Source: Ferruginibacter sp. (GTDB lineage: Bacteria > Bacteroidota > Bacteroidia > Chitinophagales > Chitinophagaceae). From it: a stretch of DNA of 33,204 nt. Within the stretch, counting starts at the first letter, position 1. Every line of letters begins with the position of its first letter. A program made the translations under genes and the position numbers. The notes under the pieces were generated by a model. It saw nothing but the letters and a program-made list of their open reading frames with translations. It made no database searches and had not been told where the DNA came from. The stretch spans positions 1-33,204 of the forward strand of contig JAYVUJ010000071.1 of NCBI GenBank assembly GCA_043788035.1, in the 5' to 3' direction. Shown here piece after piece: positions 16,891 through 26,397 of this stretch.

Positions 16891-18459
16891 CTAAAACGGC
16901 GCATCATCATCAAAAGCATTATCATTCATTTTGCTGCCTTTTTGAATGTACAATTTTGCACCGCCGCCATCCTCATCGCCCCTTACCGGTTTAAAGTTGC
17001 CGGCAGGCATGCTGCCGCCAAAATCATCGCCGCCACCCTCTGCATCTTCCACAAACTTTTGAATGTGCAGCAAGGCACGTAATTTAATGGTATCCAGGCT
17101 ACCATTCCTGTGCTTGGCAATCTTTACGTACGTCTCGCCCTTATTGCTTTCGCCGTGTTCGTTGGCAGTAATGTCATAGTACTCCGGGCGATACAAAAAC
17201 ATTACCATATCCGCATCTTGCTCAATAGCGCCTGATTCACGAAGATCACTTAATTGCGGAATTTTCGCACCTTCTTTCCTTTTTTCCACTTCACGGCTTA
17301 ACTGGCTTAAGGCAATAATCGGCACCTGTAATTCTTTTGCTAATGCTTTTAAATCCCTCGAAATACTACTTATTTCCTGTTCTCTATTGCCGCCCTTTAT
17401 GCCGCCACCGCCGCCGCTCATCAACTGCAGGTAATCTATTATTATCATGCCCAGGTTACTTTTATTTTTAAGCCTACGGCATTTTGCACGCAGCTCAAAA
17501 ATATTTAGCGCTGCTGTATCATCAATAAATATTGGTGCATTACTCAAACGCTCAATGCCACGCTTGTACAGCTGTTTCATTTCATGCTCTTCCAGCTTGC
17601 CACGGTTAATTTTTTCCAGCCAAATCTCGCTTTCGGCACTTAAAATACGCTGTACCAATTGTCCGGCACTCATTTCCAAACTAAAAAAAGCAACCGTAGT
17701 TGGTTTTGTTGGATGAAGTGCTGCGGTACGGGCAAGGTTTAACGCAAACGCCGTTTTACCTACAGAGGGGCGTGCTGCCAATACAATTAAATCGGTAGGC
17801 TGCCAGCCATACGTAAGCTTATCAAGCGAAGGAAAGCCCGTGGGTACGCCGGTAATGTCTTCATCACGGTTACGCATATCCTCAATACGCTGTATGGTTT
17901 TTACCAGCACGGTATTTATATCATCAAAATTTTTTCGTAAATGGCTATTAGTAATTTCAAACAGCTTGCTTTCAGCGTCATCCAGCAAATCAAAAACATC
18001 GGTGCTGTCTTCGTATGCATCGCCAATTATTTCGCCGCTAATGCGTATTAGTTCCCGCTGTATAAATTTTTGTAAAACTATCCTGCTATGTGCTTCAATA
18101 TTGGCAGATGAAACTACTGCATTGGTTAATTTAGAAACGTAATACGGACCGCCTACAAGGTCAAGTTCTTCTTTAAATTTCAATTCTTCAACAACAGTAA
18201 GTAAATCTATCGGCAGGCTTTTTTGTGCCAGCGAAATCATTGCTTTATAAATACGTTGGTTTGCTTCTACATAAAAACATTCTGCCTTTAATATTTCTAT
18301 CACCGTATCAAAGGCACTTTTTTCCAGCATTATAGCACCTAGTACCGCTTCTTCTAAATCTTTCGATTGGGGGGGCACCTTGCCAAACACCATACTGCCC
18401 ATGTCGAGGGTTGGTTTTTTTCTTGCTTTTCTATCTTTGTTAAGGCTGCTTAAATCCAT
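16891..18459 (-). CDS. dnaB: Replicative DNA helicase
   Basis: PPQSKDLEEAVLG, Walker A AARPSVGKT, FSLEMS, IIIDYLQLM, LSQLSR and SDLRESGAIEQDAD. No intein seen. Confidence 0.98.
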   Translation of the reverse strand: MDLSSLNKDRKARKKPTLDMGSMVFGKVPPQSKDLEEAVLGAIMLEKSAFDTVIEILKAECFYVEANQRIYKAMISLAQKSLPIDLLTVVEELKFKEELDLVGGPYYVSKLTNAVVSSANIEAHSRIVLQKFIQRELIRISGEIIGDAYEDSTDVFDLLDDAESKLFEITNSHLRKNFDDINTVLVKTIQRIEDMRNRDEDITGVPTGFPSLDKLTYGWQPTDLIVLAARPSVGKTAFALNLARTAALHPTKPTTVAFFSLEMSAGQLVQRILSAESEIWLEKINRGKLEEHEMKQLYKRGIERLSNAPIFIDDTAALNIFELRAKCRRLKNKSNLGMIIIDYLQLMSGGGGGIKGGNREQEISSISRDLKALAKELQVPIIALSQLSREVEKRKEGAKIPQLSDLRESGAIEQDADMVMFLYRPEYYDITANEHGESNKGETYVKIAKHRNGSLDTIKLRALLHIQKFVEDAEGGGDDFGGSMPAGNFKPVRGDEDGGGAKLYIQKGSKMNDNAFDDDAPF

Positions 18460-18600
18460 TTTTTTACTACTATTAAAAGTTATTATATTATATTATTTTT
18501 ATTTTATAACAGCAAGTATATGTAATCGTTACAATCCATATTGTTTAAGTTCCTCCTTAAATTTACAATAAGGAAAAAGCAATAAATTCTTGCAAGGCGG

Positions 18601-18608
18601 CTAAGGTA
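18601..18608 (-). promoter_or_regulatory. Possible -7 element variant (TACCTTAG) for dnaB
   Basis: One mismatch to TAnnTTTG, followed by C, about 140 nt upstream of the dnaB start. Confidence 0.35.
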
Positions 18609-18663
18609 AAATCAAATTTGTTGCTTTCCTGCTTAAATGATGTTACTAACTTTTTAGTAATCA

Positions 18664-18771
18664 TTTTCCACACCCAATCCACAGGCAAATTTAGTTTATT
18701 AACGGGTTATCCACACCATTATAAACAGCTAACAGTCAAATACAGCCTCGTTACGTAACAATTTATTAACA
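18664..18771 (+). promoter_or_regulatory. Cluster of co-oriented DnaA boxes
   Basis: Perfect TTATCCACA 18707-18715; TTTTCCACA 18664-18672; CAATCCACA 18675-18683; TTATTAACG 18696-18704; TTATAAACA 18719-18727; TTATTAACA 18763-18771. Confidence 0.75.
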
Positions 18772-18910
18772 TAGGTTTTGAGCAAATTTTATTTTTCTGC
18801 ACCAACCGCATTTTTCTTTCGCCTTGTTTATTTCAATCCAATTCAGTAATTTTTTTGGATGCGAAAGAAATTTTTGAGTAGGATGAAATTCTTTTTTTCT
18901 TGGGGTACTG

Positions 18911-19030
18911 CAACAGCTATACACCTCCTGCGCTCCAAAGGAGAATTCTTAGTGTATTCAATTTAACCACTTTATAAATTAGCGGCCTCTAAAACGCTCC
19001 GCATGATAGCCTTGGAGGGTAGAGTTGTTG
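18911..19030. repeat. 120-bp element bounded by imperfect inverted repeats
   Basis: CAACAGCTATACACCTCC 18911-18928 versus GGAGGGTAGAGTTGTTG 19014-19030 (reverse complement CAACAACTCTACCCTCC). Confidence 0.45.
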
Positions 19031-19192
19031 AACTTGTGTACAAACTATTTATATTGTGTTTTACCACAAAATCGATAAAATTCGGCTAAAGCTTTGTGGC
19101 GCATTTTAACTAAGCCAGCTATGTATAAAATGAGCGGCTGCCGCAAATAAAATTAGGCTCTCCAAATAAATACCCTTTATGGTATGGGGGCT

Positions 19193-19200
19193 TATCTTTG
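19193..19200 (+). promoter_or_regulatory. -7 element (TATCTTTG) for pheT
   Basis: Exact TAnnTTTG(C), 23 nt before the ATG. Confidence 0.75.
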
Positions 19201-19223
19201 CACATCTTAAAATGATTTTATAA

Positions 19224-21650
19224 ATGACCATTAGTTACAATTGGCTAAGCGAGTACTTGCCGGAAAAATTAGAACCAGAAAAATTAAGCAAAATCCTTAC
19301 TTCTATTGGTTTAGAAGTGGAAACACTGGAAAAGTACGAAGAAACAAAAGGCAGCTTTAATGGGATGGTTATTGGCGAAGTACTTGAATGTGCCAAGCAC
19401 CCCGATGCAGATAAATTAAGCTTAACTAAAGTTGATATTGGTACCGGCGAACCTTTACAGATAGTTTGCGGCGCACCCAATGTAGCCGTTGGCCAAAAGG
19501 TAGTAATAGCAACCGTTGGAGCCACTATTTACCCTTTTAGCGGGGAACCAATGACGATGAAAAAGGCTAAGATCCGTGGTAGCGAAAGCTTTGGGATGAT
19601 TTGCGCCGAAGACGAAATTGGGCTCAGCAGCAACCATTCAGGCATATTGGTTTTGCCTGCAGATACAAAAGTTGGCATGCCTGCCGCAGCTTACTTTGGC
19701 ACCTACAACGATTATATTTTTGAGATAGGGCTAACGCCAAACCGCATGGATGCAATGAGCCATTTAGGTGTTGCTAAAGATGTATGCGCCTATTTATCTC
19801 ACCATAATAAAAAAGAAACGCACATTAAATCGCCGTTTAAAAATACATTTAAAGCAGATAACCAAAACCTGCCCATTGAAGTAACCATTGAAAACGAAGT
19901 TGCCTGCGAAAGGTATTGCGGCGTTAGTATCCAGGGCGTTACTATTGCCGACAGCCCTAAATGGCTGCAGCAAAAATTAAAAAGCATCGGGCTGCGCCCA
20001 ATTAATAATATTGTAGATATTACCAACTTTATTTTGCACGAAACCGGCCAGCCCCTGCATGCCTTTGATGCGGATATGATAACCGGTAAAAAAATAATTG
20101 TAAAAAGTTTACCAGAAGGCACCCCATTTTTAACGCTGGATGATAAGGAAAGAAAGCTATCTGCCGAAGACCTGATAATTTGCAATGCAGCAGAAGGCAT
20201 GTGCATAGCGGGCGTTTATGGAGGCGCTAAAAGTGGCGTAACAGCTGCTTCAAAAAATATCTTTTTAGAAAGTGCCTGGTTCAATCCCATCAGTATCCGC
20301 AAAACTTCTTTTCGCCATGGCTTACGCACCGATGCTGCCACACGTTTTGAAAAAGGTGTGGACATTAGCAATACCGTAACTGTGCTAAAACGTGCTGCGG
20401 TGATGATAAAAGAAATCGCCGGTGGCGAAATTTCGTCTGACACTGTAGATATTTATCCGGAACCAAAAAAGAAAACTGAAGTCGCCATAAAATACCACTA
20501 CTTAAAAAAGTTGAGCGGTAAAAATTACCATGGCGATACTATCAAAAACATCCTTACCGGGCTTGGCTTTGAAATTATAAAGGAAGGTCAGGATGACTTA
20601 CGTGTAGCCGTACCCTTTAGCAAGCCAGATATTAGCATACCTGCAGATTTGGTGGAAGAAATAATGCGTATCGATGGCTTGGATAATGTAGAGATACCAG
20701 CCATAATTAGTATTGCGCCAGCTGTAGAAACCTTGATGGAAGAAGCTGCCTATAAAGAAAAAGTGGCTACATACCTTATTGGTGCTGGGTTTAATGAAAT
20801 TTTTACCAATAGTATCACAAATGCGGCTTACTATAACGAAGCCGTTTTAGAAACAACGGTAAAAATGATCAACAGCCTTAGTGCCGATCTAAATGTACTG
20901 CGCCCGCAAATGATGGAAACCGGTTTGGAAAGCGTTGCCTATAATTTAAACCGCCGCAACAGCGACCTGCAGTTTTTTGAATTCGGCAAAACCTATAGCA
21001 CTTACGGAGTTGGAAAGTATGAAGAAAAGCAGCATATCAGTATCTACATAACCGGTAAAAAAAATGCGGATGGCTGGAAGGCAAAAGGCGAAAAAGCAGA
21101 TTTTTATTTTGCAAAAGCCATCTGCGAAAAAATTACGGATTTACTTGGGCTCTCCATTACTAATTATTTATTAGAACAAAGCGATAAGTTAGATAACTGC
21201 GTACAAGTGAAAGTGAAAAATGAAATAATTGCAAGCATTGGCGCTGTGAATAAAAAAACGTTGGCAATGTTTGATATTAAGCAACCCGTTTTTTATGTTG
21301 ATATCGATTGGGACAAAATGATAACAATGGCGAAAACGCTGAAGATAAGCTATTCCGAAATTTCAAAATTCCCTGCGGTGCAACGAGACCTTTCTATCGT
21401 TGTTGATAAAAGCCTGAAATACGAGCAGGTAGAAAAAGCAACTTATGGTGCCAAGGTTAACAAGCTTACGGCCATGAATTTGTTTGATGTTTTTGAAAGC
21501 GAAAAATTGGGTGCCGGCAAAAAATCAATAGCAGTAAGCTTTACTTTTTTAGATGAAGAAAAAACGATGACAGATAAAGATACCGACGCCATGATGAACA
21601 AAATCATCGCAGCTTACGAAAAAGAATTGCATGCAGAGATAAGGAAATAG
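19224..21650 (+). CDS. pheT: Phenylalanine-tRNA ligase beta subunit
   Basis: ISYNWL, HPDADKL, IVCGAPNV, LTPNR, GQPLHAFD, RFEKGVD, EEIMRIDG and SKFPAVQRDL motifs; 808 aa. Confidence 0.98.
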   Translation: MTISYNWLSEYLPEKLEPEKLSKILTSIGLEVETLEKYEETKGSFNGMVIGEVLECAKHPDADKLSLTKVDIGTGEPLQIVCGAPNVAVGQKVVIATVGATIYPFSGEPMTMKKAKIRGSESFGMICAEDEIGLSSNHSGILVLPADTKVGMPAAAYFGTYNDYIFEIGLTPNRMDAMSHLGVAKDVCAYLSHHNKKETHIKSPFKNTFKADNQNLPIEVTIENEVACERYCGVSIQGVTIADSPKWLQQKLKSIGLRPINNIVDITNFILHETGQPLHAFDADMITGKKIIVKSLPEGTPFLTLDDKERKLSAEDLIICNAAEGMCIAGVYGGAKSGVTAASKNIFLESAWFNPISIRKTSFRHGLRTDAATRFEKGVDISNTVTVLKRAAVMIKEIAGGEISSDTVDIYPEPKKKTEVAIKYHYLKKLSGKNYHGDTIKNILTGLGFEIIKEGQDDLRVAVPFSKPDISIPADLVEEIMRIDGLDNVEIPAIISIAPAVETLMEEAAYKEKVATYLIGAGFNEIFTNSITNAAYYNEAVLETTVKMINSLSADLNVLRPQMMETGLESVAYNLNRRNSDLQFFEFGKTYSTYGVGKYEEKQHISIYITGKKNADGWKAKGEKADFYFAKAICEKITDLLGLSITNYLLEQSDKLDNCVQVKVKNEIIASIGAVNKKTLAMFDIKQPVFYVDIDWDKMITMAKTLKISYSEISKFPAVQRDLSIVVDKSLKYEQVEKATYGAKVNKLTAMNLFDVFESEKLGAGKKSIAVSFTFLDEEKTMTDKDTDAMMNKIIAAYEKELHAEIRK

Positions 21651-21682
21651 GCACTATCATCTTATAAATAAAAAATGTATTT

Positions 21683-21690
21683 TAGGTTTG
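21683..21690 (+). promoter_or_regulatory. -7 element (TAGGTTTG) for zapB-zapA
   Basis: Exact TAnnTTTG(C), 10 nt before ATG 21701. Confidence 0.65.
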
Positions 21691-21700
21691 CAGTACAGCA

Positions 21701-21988
21701 ATGGAAGAAATGGACGACCATATTAAACGGGTAAATAGTAAACTTCAGCAATTGCTGAAGCAGTATCAATTTTTGCAAAAAGAAAATGAAAAACTAACAG
21801 AATCGGTCAAGAGCCTGCGGTTGGTTAAAGAAAACGAAACAGCAGAAATTGCCAGGCTCCAGCAGCAGGTAAGTATTTTAAAAAGCGCTATTGGGCAAAT
21901 GGCGGAACCGGATAAAAAAGTATTTGAAAAACAAATTAACCAGTACTTAAAAGAATTAGATAAGTGCATCCACTTATTAAGCGAATAA
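21701..21988 (+). CDS. Coiled-coil protein, ZapB-like
   Basis: 95-aa coiled coil ending KELDKCIHLL, directly upstream of zapA. Confidence 0.7.
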   Translation: MEEMDDHIKRVNSKLQQLLKQYQFLQKENEKLTESVKSLRLVKENETAEIARLQQQVSILKSAIGQMAEPDKKVFEKQINQYLKELDKCIHLLSE

Positions 21989-21991
21989 AAC

Positions 21992-22273
21992 ATGGCGGAA
22001 CTGATACCAATAAATATTATGATTGGCGATAGGACGTATCGCATAAAAACGCTTCCCAAAGATGAGGAAGTGATACGCAGTACATTAAAGAGCGTAAACA
22101 GTAAAATTTTGGAATTTAAGACGCAATTTGCCGCCAAAGACATGCAGGATTATATTGCCATGGTATTAATTTGGTACGCCACCCAGGCCAGCACAGAAAG
22201 CAACCCCGCATTTGAAAAAGAAGTAACGGATGCGTTGCTTAAAATGGAGTTGGCCCTAGACAAAGCTTTATAG
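21992..22273 (+). CDS. zapA: Cell division protein ZapA
   Basis: INIMIGDRTYRI...EEVIR...KDMQDYIAM; conserved position before rny. Confidence 0.88.
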   Translation: MAELIPINIMIGDRTYRIKTLPKDEEVIRSTLKSVNSKILEFKTQFAAKDMQDYIAMVLIWYATQASTESNPAFEKEVTDALLKMELALDKAL

Positions 22274-22316
22274 GCAACAACCTTTTGTTACAAGTTATCA
22301 ACATTACAAAAATCAT

Positions 22317-22359
22317 TATCTTCGCCAACTATCCATCACTCAATAAAATTGAGCGATGG
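22317..22359 (+). promoter_or_regulatory. rny -7 element (TATCTTCG) followed by a 5'-leader hairpin
   Basis: TATCTTCG 22317-22324; CCATC-A-CTCAAT-AAA-ATTGAG-C-GATGG 22333-22359. Confidence 0.55.
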
Positions 22360-22404
22360 CAGTATATATAAGATTGTGAACCGATTAAAAAATCAAAAAT
22401 TTCA

Positions 22405-24015
22405 ATGGAACCGAACATACTATACTACATCATCATTGCAATAGCAGCGCTATTAGCAGGGTTTTTGGGGGGCAAAATGATTTTTGCCAAAGACACCAAA
22501 AAAAACGTAGAAGATGCTGAGCAGCAATCGAAACTTATTTTACGGGAAGCTGAATTAACAGCCGAAAATTTAAGGAAAGAAAAAGAACTGGCAGCAAAAG
22601 AGAAATTTGTACAGTTAAAAGCAGCACACGACAGGGATGTAATGCAACGGAACCAAAAAGTTGTTGAAGTAGAAAACCGCATCAAACAAAAAGAACTGGG
22701 CATTATCCAAAAGGAACAAGGCATTGTTCAAAAAGAGCAGAGCGTTACGCTAAAAGAAGCCAGCCTTGAAAAACAAGTAAAAGATAACGACGCCATAAAA
22801 GAAACCCTTAACCGCCAGATTGAGGTGGTAAACCTAAAGCGTACCGAACTGGAAAAACACCAGGAAGAACATATCCGCAGGCTTGAAAAAGTTGCCGGGC
22901 TAACAGCGGAAGATGCCAGGAACCAACTAATTGAAAGCCTTAAGCAGGAAGCACATACACGGGCATTGGTTATCCAGCAGGAAATTATTGAGGAAGCAAA
23001 ATTAAAGGCTAATAAAGAGGCCCGTAAAATTGTTATCCAAACCATACAGCGTACGGCGGCTGAACAAGCTATTGAAAACTCTATTACCGTATTTAATTTA
23101 GAAAGCGACGAAATAAAGGGTTCTATCATTGGGCGTGAAGGCCGTAATATCAGGGCGATAGAAGCTGCTACTGGCGTAGACCTTATTGTTGATGATACGC
23201 CCGAAGCAATCGTGTTGTCTTCCTTTGACCCATTGCGCAGGGAAATTGCCCGTTTATCGTTACAACGCTTAGTTGCCGATGGACGCATACATCCTGCACG
23301 TATTGAAGAAGTGGTTGAAAAAACAAAAAAACAACTAGATGACCAGGTAATGGAAATAGGCGAGCGTACCGCAATGGAACTTGGCGTACATGGGCTGCAT
23401 AAAGAATTGATAAGGATGGTAGGGCGTATGCGTTTCCGTTCATCTTACGGGCAAAATTTGCTAATGCATAGCCGCGAAACTGCTAACCTATGTTCTATAA
23501 TGGCGGCCGAATTAGGCATGAACCCTAAATTAGCAAAACGTGCCGGCTTACTACATGATATAGGCAAAGTACCGGATGAAGAAACCGAATTAAGCCATGC
23601 ATTATTAGGTGCAAAACTGGCAGAAAAGTATGGCGAAAACCCAGCAGTAGTAAATGCCATTGGCGCCCACCATGATGAAATGGAAATGCAATATGTAATT
23701 TCTCCTATTATTCAGGCTTGCGATGCTATTAGCGGTGCAAGGCCGGGCGCAAGGCGTGAAATTATGCAACAATACATACAGCGCATTAAAGACCTGGAAA
23801 ACCTTGCTCAGGCTTACCAGGGCGTTGAAAAAGCGTACGCCATACAAGCGGGAAGAGAACTGCGTGTAATTGTAGAAGCAGATAAGGTAAGCGATGCAGA
23901 CAGCGATAAATTAAGTTTTGAAATTGCACAGAAAATACAGACCGAAATGACTTTTCCAGGGCAGATAAAGGTTACAGTTATAAGAGAAAAGAGAGCAGTG
24001 AATATTGCCCGTTAA
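22405..24015 (+). CDS. rny: Ribonuclease Y
   Basis: N-terminal TM, coiled coil, KH domain ([10 protein letters not shown]), HD domain (LLHDIGK), [11 protein letters not shown]. Confidence 0.98.
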   Translation: MEPNILYYIIIAIAALLAGFLGGKMIFAKDTKKNVEDAEQQSKLILREAELTAENLRKEKELAAKEKFVQLKAAHDRDVMQRNQKVVEVENRIKQKELGIIQKEQGIVQKEQSVTLKEASLEKQVKDNDAIKETLNRQIEVVNLKRTELEKHQEEHIRRLEKVAGLTAEDARNQLIESLKQEAHTRALVIQQEIIEEAKLKANKEARKIVIQTIQRTAAEQAIENSITVFNLESDEIKGSIIGREGRNIRAIEAATGVDLIVDDTPEAIVLSSFDPLRREIARLSLQRLVADGRIHPARIEEVVEKTKKQLDDQVMEIGERTAMELGVHGLHKELIRMVGRMRFRSSYGQNLLMHSRETANLCSIMAAELGMNPKLAKRAGLLHDIGKVPDEETELSHALLGAKLAEKYGENPAVVNAIGAHHDEMEMQYVISPIIQACDAISGARPGARREIMQQYIQRIKDLENLAQAYQGVEKAYAIQAGRELRVIVEADKVSDADSDKLSFEIAQKIQTEMTFPGQIKVTVIREKRAVNIAR

Positions 24016-24033
24016 TTTATTAAGATTTTTTTT

Positions 24034-24067
24034 GAAGCTACAGGTTTATTGCCTGTAGCTTTTTTTT
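24034..24067 (+). terminator. Intrinsic terminator of rny
   Basis: AAGCTACAGG...CCTGTAGCTT followed by a T-run. Confidence 0.85.
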
Positions 24068-24251
24068 GCGGCAAATACAAGCCTTTATGTTCCCCAAAGG
24101 AGTATGCATAACCTTGCAATTTTTTTGAAGTTGTATAAATTCGAATACGCTTACCCCTTGATGGCTTTTTGAGATTTTACTTGGATTTATAAATTTTAAT
24201 AATCCAGTACGCTCCTTTGGATGGCAGGCAGGCTACTTGCGCACATTTCCT

Positions 24252-24259
24252 TATTTTTG
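24252..24259 (+). promoter_or_regulatory. -7 element (TATTTTTG) for pheS
   Basis: Exact TAnnTTTG(C), ending 3 nt before ATG 24263. Confidence 0.55.
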
Positions 24260-24262
24260 CTT

Positions 24263-25294
24263 ATGGACGATTTATTAGTAAAAATCAACAACTTTAAAAC
24301 GGAGATAAAAGATTTTGTTGCTGTAAATAGCGACGATGCAGAAGCGTTCCGCATAAAGTATTTAGGCACCAAAGGCTTAGTGAAAGAGGTGATAGGCGAA
24401 ATGAAAAATGTGGCCGTTGAAAAAAAGAGGGAGCTTGGGCAGGTGATGAATGAATTTAAATTATTTACTGAAGCACGGTATGAAGAACTAAAAGCGGCAA
24501 CAAATACTGGAACATCGGCTGCTATTGACGAAGCAGACCTTTCGCTGCCGGGCGATGCTTTGCCTTTGGGTAGCCGGCATCCGATAAGCCTGGTGCGTAA
24601 CCGCATTGTTGCTATCTTTCAAAGATTAGGCTTTGCTGTTGCCGAAGGGCCTGAAATTGAAGATGACTGGCATAATTTTACTGCGCTTAACTTACCAGAA
24701 AATCATCCGGCCAGGGATATGCAAGATACGTTCTACATCAACCAAAACCCTGATTGGCTCCTCCGTACGCATACCTCCAGCGTACAGGTTAGGGAGATGG
24801 AAAAAGGCAAGCTGCCGATACGGATTATTTGTCCGGGCCGTGTGTATAGGAATGAAACAATAAGTGCACGGGCCCATTGTTTTTTTCACCAGGTAGAAGG
24901 CTTGTACATTGCAGAAAATGTATCGTTTGCAGACCTTAAGCAAACCTTATATTTTTTTGTACAGGAAATGTTTGGCAAAGAAGTGAAAGTTCGTTTTCGC
25001 CCTAGCTATTTTCCTTTTACAGAGCCAAGTGCAGAAATGGATATTAGCTGTTTAATTTGTGGTGGCACAGGCTGTAACGTATGCAAGCACACCGGCTGGG
25101 TAGAAATTTTGGGCTGTGGCATGGCGCATCCAAACCTATTAGAAAACTGCGGCATCGACAGTAATAAATACATGGGCTTCGCATTTGGAATGGGTGTAGA
25201 AAGGATAACCATGCTAAAATACCAGATAAAGGATTTGCGTTTATTTAGTGAAAATGATGTGCGTTTTTTGAAGCAATTTACTTCGGCAGTTTAA
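24263..25294 (+). CDS. pheS: Phenylalanine-tRNA ligase alpha subunit
   Basis: HPARDMQDTF, LRTHTS, FHQVEGL, FRPSYFPFTEPS and GFAFGMGVER motifs. Likely start MDDLL at 24263 rather than 24221. Confidence 0.97.
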   Translation: MDDLLVKINNFKTEIKDFVAVNSDDAEAFRIKYLGTKGLVKEVIGEMKNVAVEKKRELGQVMNEFKLFTEARYEELKAATNTGTSAAIDEADLSLPGDALPLGSRHPISLVRNRIVAIFQRLGFAVAEGPEIEDDWHNFTALNLPENHPARDMQDTFYINQNPDWLLRTHTSSVQVREMEKGKLPIRIICPGRVYRNETISARAHCFFHQVEGLYIAENVSFADLKQTLYFFVQEMFGKEVKVRFRPSYFPFTEPSAEMDISCLICGGTGCNVCKHTGWVEILGCGMAHPNLLENCGIDSNKYMGFAFGMGVERITMLKYQIKDLRLFSENDVRFLKQFTSAV

Positions 25295-25306
25295 TAGTAA
25301 AAATTT

Positions 25307-25343
25307 AAAAAGCCCTTTTTCTTTTTAAGGAAAAGGGCTTTTT
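25307..25343. terminator. Bidirectional intrinsic terminator between pheS and the hydrolase
   Basis: AAAAAGCCCTTTT...AAAAGGGCTTTTT between convergent genes. Confidence 0.85.
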
Positions 25344-25370
25344 GTATCATGGAGGGTAAAGAAATTTCTT

Positions 25371-26198
25371 TTAAATAAAATCAGTGAGGTCCATATTTAA
25401 CCTGTTTTTTTCTGTGTACCATAAACCGTGCGGGGCACCTTCGTAAACAATATATTTAGCACCAGGTATCAGTTTGGCAGTTTCTGCTCCGGTTGCATCA
25501 ATTGGTACAATCTTATCTTCGTCGCCATGTATAATTAATGTAGGCACATTTATTTTTGGCACATCCTGCCTAAAATCTGTAGACGAAAATGATTTGGCAC
25601 ATTGTAAGGTAGCGATAGGGGATGACTTCATTACCTGAGTAAGGTTGTTAGCTAAAAAGGCATCGCTAACCGGATGGTTCATTAAGGTTACGCCAAAGAA
25701 ATCTTTAGCAAAACCTTCCATAAATTTAGGCCTTTCATCAAGCATGCTTTCGGTCATTTTAAAAAACATTTCCTGAGGCACACCATTTGGGTTATCGCCT
25801 GTTTGTAACATAAAAGGTACCACGCAACTTATCAGCACAACTTTTTTAACCCTTGCGCCACCATAAACAGAAAAGTATTTGGCAACTTCTCCACCACCCA
25901 TAGAGAAGGCTACCAAGGTTACATCCTCTATATTTAATTCATCAAGCAAGGCTTTCAAATCTCCGGCAAGCGTGTGGTAATCATAGCCATCCTGTGGCCA
26001 GTCAGATTTACCAAAGCCTCTTCTATCGTATGTAATACAACGCATGCCTTGTTGAGGCAGGCTTGTCATCTGGTATTCCCACATGCTGCCGTTGAGCGGC
26101 CACCCATGTATGAATACTACATTTTTACCATGCCCTATTTCTTCATAATAAATATTGATAGGTTCTTTATTGTTTTGTGCAGATTTAATAAATGGCAT
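25371..26198 (-). CDS. Alpha/beta hydrolase, non-heme haloperoxidase/arylesterase type
   Basis: FIHGWP, YDRRGFGKS, nucleophile elbow AFSMGG, HGDED and GAPHG motifs. Confidence 0.92.
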   Translation of the reverse strand: MPFIKSAQNNKEPINIYYEEIGHGKNVVFIHGWPLNGSMWEYQMTSLPQQGMRCITYDRRGFGKSDWPQDGYDYHTLAGDLKALLDELNIEDVTLVAFSMGGGEVAKYFSVYGGARVKKVVLISCVVPFMLQTGDNPNGVPQEMFFKMTESMLDERPKFMEGFAKDFFGVTLMNHPVSDAFLANNLTQVMKSSPIATLQCAKSFSSTDFRQDVPKINVPTLIIHGDEDKIVPIDATGAETAKLIPGAKYIVYEGAPHGLWYTEKNRLNMDLTDFI

Positions 26199-26348
26199 AA
26201 ATTTTACAATTAAATGTGATTGAGTTTTTTATACTAATGCCATCAACAAAAATATTGCCATCATCACCTTACAGCAAAGAAGCCATTTATCATCCAAATT
26301 AACAGATGCCTTGTAGAATTATTTTCACTATTTTTTTAAAGAAGGTAT

Positions 26349-26379
26349 AAAAAAGCCCGCAACAAAATGCTGCGGGCTT
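26349..26379 (-). terminator. Intrinsic terminator of sodA
   Basis: Minus strand AAGCCCGCAGC-ATTTT-GTTGCGGGCTTTTTT. Confidence 0.85.
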
Positions 26380-26397
26380 AAAAATTTTACTATTATA

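Noticed and set aside
18749-18773. parS or dif site
   Set aside because: GTTACGTAAC is shorter than and differs from TGTTTCACGTGAAACA, and there is no 11-6-11 XerC/XerD layout.
19030-19223. T-box or Phe attenuator upstream of pheT
   Set aside because: No T-box motif, Phe-rich leader peptide or terminator; the promoter is only 23 nt from the ATG.
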